The translations under genes were made by a program, and so were the position numbers. Shown one piece after another: positions 19,096 to 28,373 of a DNA stretch of 64,000 nt. The stretch spans positions 1 to 64,000 of the IMG/VR virus record IMGVR_UViG_3300017613_000561, one strand, 5' to 3'. The notes beneath the pieces were generated by a model. The model worked only from the letters and a program-made list of their open reading frames with translations, did not search any database and was not told the DNA's origin. Source of the stretch: a virus. Within the stretch, counting starts at the first letter, position 1. Each line of letters opens with the position of its first letter.

Positions 19096-21600
19096 ATGTC
19101 AGATACAGTATTAAGTGGTGATTTCACAGTTTACTATTTTGATGAAAATCGCCGTAAACAAATTCGCTGGACCGGCACTACCGCCAAAACTGATGTCGAA
19201 AAGATGATCGATGTCTATGATGCGACAGAAGATCTGATGACGTTGCCTACCCAGCAGGATGATGGTTTGATCTTCTCTGCTGAAACCCCCGGGGAATACA
19301 CCATCGGTAAAATTGATGCAGGGGAAATTGACCCTTGGTTCATTGATCTGAAAACCATGGAGCATATCGTAGGAGACTACGCAAACTTTACGGGTTGTGC
19401 TCTTAAGACCTCTGGGTGGAAACGAGACCTTCCTGGTGATGGTACTGGTAACACCGGCATTGTTGTAGTCCCGGTTACTGCTGCTTCCAATAACATCCTG
19501 GTCGGTGACATTGGCAGTGACATTGTTCACGCAGACGGTGATGACGGTACTCTCTTGGATATTACATTCACTGGCGGAGCTACAGATTATCTCTGGATTC
19601 GTCCAGACACCAATGCACTGGCAGACGACTTCAATAGTTCTTCTGGAGATCTGACTTGTAACGCTCGTACTGCTCCCCAGACTGCTGCAGCCGTATCTGG
19701 TGAAATGGTGTGGGGTAACGCATATTCTCAGGGTGCTTTGCAGACAGACACCCACGTATTCGTTTTCCAGGACGGTACTCGTGTTACCAGTTCAGACGAA
19801 ACTGATCAGGATTTCTGGCCTGATGGTCATATGGATCGGGCGATACCCATCACGGATTTCACTACCGCTGATTTCCCTATCATTGATAGCGGTTACCTGA
19901 CAGTAAAGGCTAACCAGTATGGTTCAAAACATACTTACGCTATTATCCGAATGAACACCACTTCGGGCGGTAACGTGTCTGCTGGTCTTTCTTCTGGTAA
20001 CGACATCAACAACACCACTGGTTACAAGTCTGTAACTTTTGACGGCAGTAACTACGCTGCTGGTTGGACTGTAGGTGATGAGATGACAGGAGACACTTCT
20101 GGGGCCAGAGGCATTATTACCCAGATCGATTCTCCTGGATCGACTCAGGTTGTTCATTACTATCTAGTAGGTGACCCAATCATCGACTTTGATAGTGGTG
20201 GTGAGGATGTATCCAATGATGATGATACGGGTACTGGTGCCACCACTGTAGCCGCTCCTGCAGCACAGGGTCCAGCTCTTACCACTTGGTATGATGGTAA
20301 TACCTTACCTACCTATAGTTTTGGTAATACTCAGGTGGATATCAGTGGTGACGGTACTGATGAAGAGTATGGTATTACTATTACCATGGCGGGTGCTTCT
20401 CTTGCCCAGATGCATGAAAGTAACAAGTACACCCACATGCGTAGCAGTACTACCGATCAGGATGGTCTGGATGGTCAGGAGTGGATCGGTCTTGATTACG
20501 CTATTAACTACGCCACTATTACAGGTACAGTTCCTGAAGGAAACGTAGTGACTGGTGCTACTTCAGGGGCCACAGGTACTGTCGTAGCTAACCCTGGAGG
20601 CTCCAGTAACACTGCTCTACTACGTAATAGCCGTGGTACTTTCATCGATGGTGAGAGAATTTACGAGACCGATGGTGTTAATGAGTTTGATGCTTCCGGC
20701 CTGACCGTAGAGGTTATCGTACCAGTAGCGGAAAGCTCATTCGGTACACTAGCAGGTGTAAACTTCTTCGGTTCTCGTGGGGTAGTTCTCTCTGGCTATA
20801 AAGCAGGTGAAGCTAACCTGTTCTCATTGATTGACGCTACTGGTGCTACACGCCAGAGACCTACATTGATCACCATGGAGATCCTGAACTGTAAGCAGTA
20901 TGACTGGATCAGTTGTTTCCGTCTGGAAGGTGCTGGTCTTGGTACAGATAAGGATGAGTACTCAGCTACTGGTGGGGAATCTATAGGTGGTGCCACTCTT
21001 ACCGTAGATGGTGCCATTGCTGCAGATGTACCAGATAAGGATAATGGCGGCTCTGTTGCGCTTGTAGATGTGAGCGACAACAACAAAGAGTATGTCATGC
21101 GATTCACATCTTACGTTCCTGCAACTGGTGTGGTTACCTTGGCTAATATTGTAGCTACCGCTGAGGCAGGTACTGGCGTAAGCACTATTGTAGATACTGG
21201 AGTTTTCGCTAACGCTAAGGTTGGTGATATCGTTATAAATAACGGTAACGGCCATGATGGAATATCGTATGTGTCTGAGGTTACAGATAACGATACTATC
21301 CAGATTGACCCTCCAATCACTGGGCAGACCACTGGGGATAGCATTGAGTTGAATGCTGTACCCATATCTGTAGATACCGCAGATCAGGTTTACTTCCCTA
21401 TCGTTTTTGAGTATCAGGAAACTGATGGGTCTGCGTCTGCTTCCATGGAGTATGTAGCAGATATCTTCGCTAGGGTGCGGGCCAGGAACACCTCTGATGC
21501 TGCAACCAAGATCAAAGGGTACACCTCGGACGTAACTATCGGTACTGGTGGCGGTACGGCTGCTGTCACACGTATTGAGAACACTGTGTATGGAAGCTAA
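19096..21600 (+). CDS. large virion structural protein
   Basis: 834 aa, G/T/D-rich; repeated GDxxTGxTSGAxG motifs; AGGAG RBS. Confidence 0.6.
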   Translation: MSDTVLSGDFTVYYFDENRRKQIRWTGTTAKTDVEKMIDVYDATEDLMTLPTQQDDGLIFSAETPGEYTIGKIDAGEIDPWFIDLKTMEHIVGDYANFTGCALKTSGWKRDLPGDGTGNTGIVVVPVTAASNNILVGDIGSDIVHADGDDGTLLDITFTGGATDYLWIRPDTNALADDFNSSSGDLTCNARTAPQTAAAVSGEMVWGNAYSQGALQTDTHVFVFQDGTRVTSSDETDQDFWPDGHMDRAIPITDFTTADFPIIDSGYLTVKANQYGSKHTYAIIRMNTTSGGNVSAGLSSGNDINNTTGYKSVTFDGSNYAAGWTVGDEMTGDTSGARGIITQIDSPGSTQVVHYYLVGDPIIDFDSGGEDVSNDDDTGTGATTVAAPAAQGPALTTWYDGNTLPTYSFGNTQVDISGDGTDEEYGITITMAGASLAQMHESNKYTHMRSSTTDQDGLDGQEWIGLDYAINYATITGTVPEGNVVTGATSGATGTVVANPGGSSNTALLRNSRGTFIDGERIYETDGVNEFDASGLTVEVIVPVAESSFGTLAGVNFFGSRGVVLSGYKAGEANLFSLIDATGATRQRPTLITMEILNCKQYDWISCFRLEGAGLGTDKDEYSATGGESIGGATLTVDGAIAADVPDKDNGGSVALVDVSDNNKEYVMRFTSYVPATGVVTLANIVATAEAGTGVSTIVDTGVFANAKVGDIVINNGNGHDGISYVSEVTDNDTIQIDPPITGQTTGDSIELNAVPISVDTADQVYFPIVFEYQETDGSASASMEYVADIFARVRARNTSDAATKIKGYTSDVTIGTGGGTAAVTRIENTVYGS

Positions 21601-21964
21601 CACTCCTTTGGTGTTTATCAAGGGCATGGATAAGGTGCTCAAAAAAGACCTCCAGAAGCATAAGGATTTGCTTCAGAGGGCTAAGGGTAGCCTTATCTCT
21701 TTCCGTGAAGCCGTGTCTCACCAAGTCAAGAAGAAAAAGTATTACAAATCTCTTCTTGGCGGTGGTAAGTATAACGATGTGGCTATGAAGAAATCTATGA
21801 ATATGATAGCCATAGATATTCGTCATATGAGTGATAAGGTGAAACTTGCGGAAGAAGAGATAGAACACCATACCCTGATCGTGGATACCCTTACCGGACA
21901 GTTGGAGGAGTACTACGAGAACAAGTTAAAACGGGAGGACTACTTAGATGCCACTAAGCACTGA
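21590..21964 (+). CDS. hypothetical coiled-coil protein
   Basis: ORF overlapping both neighbours. Confidence 0.5.
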   Translation: MEANTPLVFIKGMDKVLKKDLQKHKDLLQRAKGSLISFREAVSHQVKKKKYYKSLLGGGKYNDVAMKKSMNMIAIDIRHMSDKVKLAEEEIEHHTLIVDTLTGQLEEYYENKLKREDYLDATKH

Positions 21965-22559
21965 TTGGGGTAATAAGATTTTGCAGGTAACCAGCCCGAC
22001 CACGGAAGTATCGGGCCAGGACTTGCACGATTTTATTGAAGATCAGATGGCATCCCCTGAAGGTGCTTTGTACGAGGATATACTAAAACCCGAAGGTAAA
22101 ATCGAAGACCCTACAAACCCCGGTATTTTCTCCCAGATTATTTTAGTACTTGACTCTGCATGGCAGATTCAGTTCTGGCAGGGGTCAGGCTATACAAAAG
22201 TTTTCGGGGCCAAAATTGTAGGTGGAGTTAATGACCAGCCCCTTAAAGCAACAGGTGCAGCCGGAGACATCTCTGTTCTTGAGAGCCCCGTGGACGGTGT
22301 TACTGTAGCAGTAGGTTCAGGGTTGGATGCAAACCAGGATACCAAGCTCACCAGAGTACATGACCTACTGGATAACATTGAAGGTACGTATGACCATCAG
22401 GAGGTTATGCGGATATTGTTAGCTGCTATGGCTGGTAAGCTGTCTGGGGCTGATACCGGGAATATTAAGGTTAGGGATGTAGCGGATCTCAAAGACCGTA
22501 TCACCATGACTACAAGTGAAGACGGCAACAGGCTTACGGTGGTGCTAGATGTTTCCTAA
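21948..22559 (+). CDS. virion-associated protein
   Basis: C-terminal MRILLAAMAGKLSG...KDRI...DGNR motif common in phage tail modules. Confidence 0.55.
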   Translation: MPLSTDWGNKILQVTSPTTEVSGQDLHDFIEDQMASPEGALYEDILKPEGKIEDPTNPGIFSQIILVLDSAWQIQFWQGSGYTKVFGAKIVGGVNDQPLKATGAAGDISVLESPVDGVTVAVGSGLDANQDTKLTRVHDLLDNIEGTYDHQEVMRILLAAMAGKLSGADTGNIKVRDVADLKDRITMTTSEDGNRLTVVLDVS

Positions 22560-22695
22560 GCGCATGTTCCCAGTAAGGATGTTTGCTCCAAGAATGTTCC
22601 CTCCGGTGGTTGGTGTCTTAGTGGAGTACTGGCATGATGTTGTTAAGTTTACCTTACGGGTAACCCGCGCTATACACTTTAAGTTGGAGCGGTAG
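22549..22695 (+). CDS. 48-aa protein with (MFPxR)x4 N-terminus; not in ORF track
   Basis: MFPKRMFPVRMFAPRMFPP...; fills the gap between coupled genes. Confidence 0.55.
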   Translation: MFPKRMFPVRMFAPRMFPPVVGVLVEYWHDVVKFTLRVTRAIHFKLER

Positions 22696-23004
22696 ATGCC
22701 TGATGAAGAAGTCAATTTTAGGCTAAGGGTAAACAAGTCTGTAGCTACTTCCGCAAGGATGCGTAAAGTCGTTGACCACACAGGTAAGATAACTCGTTTG
22801 GTTCCCAACTATTTAGGGGTAAAGAGGTCAAATACTACTATCCTTAAAGTGACTAGAGCGTATACAATGCTGGGTAGGGTGGTTAGGACTATGGAGGGTA
22901 CCATGGTATTAGTCAGGGCCATAAACGCATCCTTAGGGGTGACCAGAGCCTGCAACATTAGGGCGAATGTAGCCAGAACTAGAATGAAGGATGTGGAGAT
23001 CTAG
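22696..23004 (+). CDS. basic repetitive hypothetical protein
   Basis: R/V/T-rich with ~10-aa periodicity. Confidence 0.5.
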   Translation: MPDEEVNFRLRVNKSVATSARMRKVVDHTGKITRLVPNYLGVKRSNTTILKVTRAYTMLGRVVRTMEGTMVLVRAINASLGVTRACNIRANVARTRMKDVEI

Positions 23005-23005
23005 C

Positions 23006-23353
23006 ATGTCTAATTGTCCAAAAGAAGTTCGCAAAGGTGACATAGGGACCAAGTTTATTATTGAGTTCGTGGAATGGAATGAAACCACTGAACTGGATGA
23101 GCCTGTGCCGCTGGCAGGCGGGACGATCACCTTTTATTTTCTGAAAGTAGTGGCAGATACCGTTGTTAATATGTCTGCTACTATCCTGAATAACCCCGGT
23201 ACCGATGGAAAGGCTGTGTACACCACAGTTGCAGATGACCTTGATGAACTGGGTAAATGGCAGCTTCAGGGTAAGCTTGTAAACGGTGATGGTGAGTGGG
23301 GATCTGAAATAGCAGAGTTTGAAGTATTTGACAATCTTTGGAGCACACCATAA
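23006..23353 (+). CDS. BppU-like baseplate/Ig-fold protein
   Basis: GDIGTKF...GTDGKAVY...DLDELGKWQLQ pattern. Confidence 0.55.
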   Translation: MSNCPKEVRKGDIGTKFIIEFVEWNETTELDEPVPLAGGTITFYFLKVVADTVVNMSATILNNPGTDGKAVYTTVADDLDELGKWQLQGKLVNGDGEWGSEIAEFEVFDNLWSTP

Positions 23354-23760
23354 TGGCACCATTACATATTACTGGAATAGATGGCTCCTCCGTTTCTGAG
23401 GGCATTAAGCATTGGGTGCACTTTGATCTCGTAGAGGCCTTACAATGGTTCCCAACTCTAATAATCGGCCAAGTAAGGAGCAAGACTATGGGTGGTGACG
23501 TGGAAAGTAGTATAAAGCTTCCTGCAACTGTGCTGATCGGTTTGATCCTAGCTATCATTGCTGGTAACTGGGTGATTTTTATGCTGTACATGGACAGTAA
23601 GTGGGACGGGGTAAACAACAACATCCAGTATGTGCAGCAGGCGGTTTCTGACAAGTTTACATCTGTGGATAACGCAGTTACTCGTAACGGGGTAACCATT
23701 CTCAGTCTGCAAAATAGGGTAAGGAATGTAGAGTTAGAACAGGCTAAGAAAACACCATGA
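23353..23760 (+). CDS. single-TM membrane protein upstream of endolysin (holin/antiholin-like)
   Basis: hydrophobic VLIGLILAIIAGNWVIFML followed by coiled coil; alternative start 23488 with AAGGAG. Confidence 0.5.
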   Translation: MAPLHITGIDGSSVSEGIKHWVHFDLVEALQWFPTLIIGQVRSKTMGGDVESSIKLPATVLIGLILAIIAGNWVIFMLYMDSKWDGVNNNIQYVQQAVSDKFTSVDNAVTRNGVTILSLQNRVRNVELEQAKKTP

Positions 23761-24308
23761 GAAACATTAACACGATCATCATTCACTGTTCGGCTACCAA
23801 GCCCAGTCAGGATATTGGGGTAACACAGATACGCAAGTGGCATAAGCGTAAAGGGTGGTCGGACGTTGGTTACCACATTGTAATCCGGCGTGATGGTACC
23901 CTGGAGCTTGGTAGACCACTGAACAAAATTGGAGCCCACTGTAAAGGGCAAAACAGATACAGTATTGGTATCTGCCTCATTGGTGGCCTTGATAAACGGG
24001 GTAGGGCGGTAAACAATTTTACCAAGAAGCAGTTCGCTACCCTGGATAAGATTGTAGACCAGTATGCCAAGACGTTTAACATCAGGCCCAAGGATATAAA
24101 GGGCCACAGGGACTTTTCCCCGGATCTGGACGGGGACGGTATTATCTCCAAGGAGGAGTGGCTTAAGGTATGCCCCTGCTTTGAGGTTAAGGATTGGATT
24201 GCCGGGAAGGATCTGGTTACTGAGCGGCCGGTGAATGTTCTGTCAGAGCAGAAGCCAAGGCCCAAACCAAAACGGACACCACCAGAAAATGATATGTTTT
24301 CGCTATGA
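23757..24308 (+). CDS. endolysin, N-acetylmuramoyl-L-alanine amidase (T7 lysozyme family)
   Basis: IIIHCSAT, GYHIVI, AHCKGQN, SIGICLIGG, GHRD, KVCPCF zinc-amidase motifs. Confidence 0.93.
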   Translation: MRNINTIIIHCSATKPSQDIGVTQIRKWHKRKGWSDVGYHIVIRRDGTLELGRPLNKIGAHCKGQNRYSIGICLIGGLDKRGRAVNNFTKKQFATLDKIVDQYAKTFNIRPKDIKGHRDFSPDLDGDGIISKEEWLKVCPCFEVKDWIAGKDLVTERPVNVLSEQKPRPKPKRTPPENDMFSL

Positions 24309-24553
24309 ACGAAGAGACTCCAGTACCTTTTGAAAAGTTTTGGTTGGTGCTGGATAGGAGCCATATAATCCGCAGGATGTCTCTGGTCGCTGCTTGGGTA
24401 CTGACCTTCAAGACCTACTACTTCTGTTTCAAGGTAGGAGAAGCGGCCAACTGGGATGCCACTACCATAGGGGCCTGCTTCGCCATACTCACCCCGGTAT
24501 CTGGTCTCATGGGCATGATGGTGAAGTTCTACAACGAAGGGAGAAAACTGTGA
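24305..24553 (+). CDS. putative holin
   Basis: 82 aa with two hydrophobic segments, directly after endolysin. Confidence 0.6.
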   Translation: MNEETPVPFEKFWLVLDRSHIIRRMSLVAAWVLTFKTYYFCFKVGEAANWDATTIGACFAILTPVSGLMGMMVKFYNEGRKL

Positions 24554-24942
24554 TAGGCATGCGGTTTCTGCTTTACGGGTTAGCAGCTCTGGCTATAGTG
24601 ACCACTATAACGGGCGGTTACTATTACGTTCAGACCCTTCAGGATAACTTGGTGGAGGCGCAGGAGGCCAATGCCAAATACCAGATATCCATCCAGCTGA
24701 AAGAACAGGAACTGACCAGCCTCACCACCCAGTTAGAGGTAGCCAAAAAAGCCAGGGATGAAGCGGAGCTGTCCTTTGCCTTGGCTAGGGAGTCTGCTGC
24801 AAAATTGGATAAGGTGTTTGGCAACCATGATTTTGGGAGACTGCTACATGATAAACCGGGCCTTATTAATAATCGTATGCGTGATGGCACTGCTAAGTTG
24901 TTCCACGATCTCGAATCCGCAAGTAACAGTAAAGCCCAGTGA
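24550..24942 (+). CDS. i-spanin (Rz-like)
   Basis: N-terminal TM followed by coiled coil; start GTG 24550 or ATG 24559. Confidence 0.75.
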   Translation: MIGMRFLLYGLAALAIVTTITGGYYYVQTLQDNLVEAQEANAKYQISIQLKEQELTSLTTQLEVAKKARDEAELSFALARESAAKLDKVFGNHDFGRLLHDKPGLINNRMRDGTAKLFHDLESASNSKAQ

Positions 24943-25189
24943 CACCATACGGTTAGTCTGTAATGGAGCCCCCATTGCAGATCCCATACACATGCTTACT
25001 GTGGTGCCTATATCCGTGGAGGATAAGAGTGGGCAGGTTTGGGTGGGCCTCACACCAAAGCATTATGAAAATCTAAGTAAAAATATGGCTGCTGTCCTTA
25101 AACATTTGAAACAGAAGAATGCTGTTATTGATTATTACGGGGACTGCATCAATGAATATCTGGAAGAACAAAAAACAGGTGACGGATGA
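24848..25189 (+). CDS. o-spanin (Rz1-like lipoprotein)
   Basis: signal peptide with lipobox LLSC; overlaps the i-spanin 3' end. Confidence 0.75.
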   Translation: MINRALLIIVCVMALLSCSTISNPQVTVKPSDTIRLVCNGAPIADPIHMLTVVPISVEDKSGQVWVGLTPKHYENLSKNMAAVLKHLKQKNAVIDYYGDCINEYLEEQKTGDG

Positions 25190-25545
25190 ATACAGAGGCG
25201 ATCAAGAGTTTACTGACTCCAAAGGTGCTAGGGTACGCAGGTTCTGTTATTGCAGCAGTCGTACCAGCCGTTTATTGGTTCGTCTCAAACGTAGCTTGGG
25301 CAGAGGACGTTCAAAGAACAACGGCCCAAATCGCTATTGATGCCCAGGACAGTCTGGTGGACTTTCGGCTGGAGCAGCTAAGGTACCGTATTCAGGATAT
25401 CTATCGGTGGAGAAAGATAGACCCCAAGATGTATCAGCAGGAACAAATGGCTGAATCTTTGAATGAGTTGCGTGAAGAACGAAAGGTTCTACGGGTAAGA
25501 AAGGATAGGTTGAAAGATGAGGCCCGACAGTTAATGACTAAGTAG
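25186..25545 (+). CDS. membrane-anchored hypothetical protein
   Basis: N-terminal hydrophobic helix plus coiled coil. Confidence 0.5.
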   Translation: MNTEAIKSLLTPKVLGYAGSVIAAVVPAVYWFVSNVAWAEDVQRTTAQIAIDAQDSLVDFRLEQLRYRIQDIYRWRKIDPKMYQQEQMAESLNELREERKVLRVRKDRLKDEARQLMTK

Positions 25546-25562
25546 TGCCTATTTAGTCTTAT

Positions 25563-25574
25563 GCACTTAAGTGC
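25563..25574. repeat. palindrome GCACTTAAGTGC
   Basis: exact copy after lysis module. Confidence 0.9.
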
Positions 25575-25934
25575 CGAACTAAGTATTCTATTGACCTATA
25601 TCAATACTTAGTCCGAAGCCTTTTAAAGATTTATAAAGTTTGACAAACGTATTCTGTCCTCGCTCTGTTCGGGGAAGTACTTACAGGGATACACAGCACT
25701 CTATAAAGACCCACATAGAATATAAAAGGTCTTTTTAAACGCTTCTAACGGGACTTAGAAGACCCACCCTTATACTCATATTCCCTTTTTAAATTTGTGT
25801 TCTAACGCCATATCCTGTCCAACACGATACAAGATATCTTTTTGACCCTACCTACCCCCTTACTATAGAATCTTAAGAAGACACACAAGCTTAAAACAGG
25901 TCTAACGGATTCCCGACTCTTTCCTTGTATTTAT

Positions 25935-25963
25935 TTGACAAACGCTATTCCATTTGTTAGGAT
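25935..25963 (+). promoter_or_regulatory. sigma70-type promoter (TTTGACAAAC family)
   Basis: TTGACA-17-TAGGAT with extended -10 TG. Confidence 0.75.
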
Positions 25964-25994
25964 AAGAACATAAAAATTAATCGAGGATCACGCA

Positions 25995-27197
25995 ATGTCC
26001 ATGGTTGAACTGGCTCTGACTGCAGAGCTGCCACTTATAGCGGTGCACACTAGAGACACCATTAATATGCAGGACATCCTGCAACATTTTGTTGGTGGTG
26101 AGGGCACCATAGGGATCACAGAAAAACATCCTGGCAAGTCGTTGAAGGCCCCAGAGTACAAATACATTCTGATGGGCGGGGTGGAGATAGAGGTAGAAAA
26201 GTATTACCACTGGGCAGTTAAGCATGATGTTGTACTGATATTTGTGAATCTGCCCAAGGATGAAGAACATCCGTTGATCTTTGATGCTGGCGTGGTTCCG
26301 ACCCCTAAGGTCTTGGTGGTGAGAATGCTGTCGTCCCTCCTGAATGATGATGACATCAAAAAGATAATGCCCACTTTAGGCGGGCTCACTCTAAAGGATA
26401 TCGGGGAGGTGTGCCGGTTGGCTATGACCATGATGGGGGATCTGTCCCCACGGTCTGTCATGGAGATCCGTAGATTGTACGCCACCAAGTTGCCGGGGAT
26501 AGAGCAGGTGGATCTGTACTCTTCATTCTATATACCAGATAACTCGCTTAAAACGTGGTCCAAGAAGAACAGCAAATTCTTTCTGAATAGTCCAGACCCC
26601 AGACTAACCCCCAGAGGGTTGCTGGCTGGAGGACCCCCAGGAACAGGCAAGACAGAAGCAGCCAAATACTTAGCCAGAGAGTGGAATGTACCGCTGTATC
26701 GTCTGGACATAGCCAGTATGATGAACAAGTGGTTGGGGGAAGCAGAAGGCAATTTAAAGAATGCATTGGCTCAGATAGAACAGGAGGCCCCCTGCGTACT
26801 TCTGATAGACGAGGTGGAGAAGTTGTTCCAGCAGGGAGACTCGGATAGCGGGGCAACCTCCAGGATGCTGTCTCAGCTGCTATGGTGGCTGCAGGCCCAC
26901 AGGAAGCAGATCCTGTCTTTGATGACCACCAATAATATTGATGTGCTCCCTCCAGAGTTGTACCGTCCTGGGAGGGTGGATGAAACCATTACATTTCATG
27001 GTGTGGCGAAAAAGAACGTCCCGATGTTTATGGAGCGGATATTGTTCTCCCTGGAAGACAATGCGGATCTTATTGTATCCATGGATAAAGCTATGTCTGT
27101 GGTGGGCATGTATCTTGACGGCAAGAAGAAGTTGCACTTTCCACAGTCAGACCTAGTACAATTGGCTTACGACATAATCAAGACTCAGAATCAATAG
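25995..27197 (+). CDS. AAA+ ATPase (Ycf46/SpoVK-like)
   Basis: Walker A GPPGTGKT, Walker B LLIDEVEK, SRH PPELYRPGRVD. Confidence 0.88.
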   Translation: MSMVELALTAELPLIAVHTRDTINMQDILQHFVGGEGTIGITEKHPGKSLKAPEYKYILMGGVEIEVEKYYHWAVKHDVVLIFVNLPKDEEHPLIFDAGVVPTPKVLVVRMLSSLLNDDDIKKIMPTLGGLTLKDIGEVCRLAMTMMGDLSPRSVMEIRRLYATKLPGIEQVDLYSSFYIPDNSLKTWSKKNSKFFLNSPDPRLTPRGLLAGGPPGTGKTEAAKYLAREWNVPLYRLDIASMMNKWLGEAEGNLKNALAQIEQEAPCVLLIDEVEKLFQQGDSDSGATSRMLSQLLWWLQAHRKQILSLMTTNNIDVLPPELYRPGRVDETITFHGVAKKNVPMFMERILFSLEDNADLIVSMDKAMSVVGMYLDGKKKLHFPQSDLVQLAYDIIKTQNQ

Positions 27198-27205
27198 GAG
27201 GAGTC

Positions 27206-27625
27206 ATGTTTGAAATAAGGAAGTCAGGATCTCCCTGTCTTAAGCAGGTATCTGCCGAAGTGCCTTTGAACACCAATGTTCAGTCCCTGATTGATACCAT
27301 GTGGTTGGTGATGGACTACAACAAAGGATTGGGCCTTGCCGCTAACCAGATTGGGGAGATGGTAAGGGTGATCGTAATCTCTGCAAGCGGGTTCAGGCAG
27401 GCATTTATCAACCCGGTAATCACCAGAAAGTATGGAGGGCAAAAGAACGTGCGGGAAGGATGCCTATCTTTTCCAGGCCTGGAGGTCAGAACCTCACGAT
27501 ATAAAAGGATCTACCTGGAGGGCTATGATGAAAACTGGCAACCGATCAAACGTAAGTTGGGGGGCATGGCAGCAGTTTGTGCCCAGCATGAAGTAGAGCA
27601 TTTAGATGGAAAAACTATTATTTGA
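27206..27625 (+). CDS. def: peptide deformylase
   Basis: GLGLAANQIG, EGCLS and QHEVEHLDG motifs. Confidence 0.95.
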   Translation: MFEIRKSGSPCLKQVSAEVPLNTNVQSLIDTMWLVMDYNKGLGLAANQIGEMVRVIVISASGFRQAFINPVITRKYGGQKNVREGCLSFPGLEVRTSRYKRIYLEGYDENWQPIKRKLGGMAAVCAQHEVEHLDGKTII

Positions 27626-27650
27626 CAAACGTAGCTAACAAAGATACAGT
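27622..27650 (+). promoter_or_regulatory. sigma70-type promoter (TTTGACAAAC family)
   Basis: TTGACA-17-TACAGT. Confidence 0.7.
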
Positions 27651-27690
27651 ATAGATTCAGCTAACTAACATTCCTAATGGAGGGAAGAAG

Positions 27691-28305
27691 ATGATCGAAA
27701 ACGCTGAAATGATTAATGGTACTGGTGGCAAACCAGAGTATGTTGTTATCCAAGCAGCCAATAGTATGGCGTTGGGCCTAAAGCCTGTGTGGGAGCGTGA
27801 TTCTCCTATGACTCTGTCTGTAGGGCTCCGCATTCGTGCAGTAATGCATGAGCTGGATGATTCCCCCAAAGCAGCGGAGGATGGTAAGGATTCCAACGTG
27901 TTGAACCTGAACCCAAAGGTCGGTACTACTATTGCCGGTGTTGGGGGTAAGGCCCAGAGTGTGTACCCCAACATTACGTTTACCAAGGTGAAGCACAACT
28001 ATGCTTCGGTATTTATTGGCACCGTAGTTCCTTTGTCTGCTGTTGAAGGGCCTAAGGCTCTGTGGGCATTGTTGGAAGAAGGGCACTTCTTTGACAAGGT
28101 AACAGAGAATGCAAACCCCATGCTTTTTGGTGAGGACTGCCCTGAACTCCGGTACCCCAAGGAGGACATCCTGGCCCACTGGAAGGAGACCATCACTGAA
28201 AAGTATCAGGATATGTGCAAAGAACTGGGTGTATCTGATGCTGAGGAGGAGAAGGAAGCAGATGTCCTGGAGTTTCCTATCCCTGGCAAGGATAATGTGC
28301 ATTAA
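27691..28305 (+). CDS. hypothetical protein
   Basis: GGAGG RBS; own promoter and downstream hairpin. Confidence 0.6.
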   Translation: MIENAEMINGTGGKPEYVVIQAANSMALGLKPVWERDSPMTLSVGLRIRAVMHELDDSPKAAEDGKDSNVLNLNPKVGTTIAGVGGKAQSVYPNITFTKVKHNYASVFIGTVVPLSAVEGPKALWALLEEGHFFDKVTENANPMLFGEDCPELRYPKEDILAHWKETITEKYQDMCKELGVSDAEEEKEADVLEFPIPGKDNVH

Positions 28306-28324
28306 ACAGTTAGATAGGTAGTTC

Positions 28325-28355
28325 AAGGGTCTGCGGGGAAACCTGCAGGCCCCTT
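28325..28355 (+). terminator. GC-rich hairpin, probable terminator
   Basis: aagggtctgcggg-gaaa-cctgcaggcccctt; weak U-tract. Confidence 0.5.
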
Positions 28356-28373
28356 AGTGTAGGGATCAAAAAA

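Noticed and set aside
25639-25670. Fourteenth TTTGACAAAC promoter
   Set aside because: No -10 hexamer at 16-18 bp spacing
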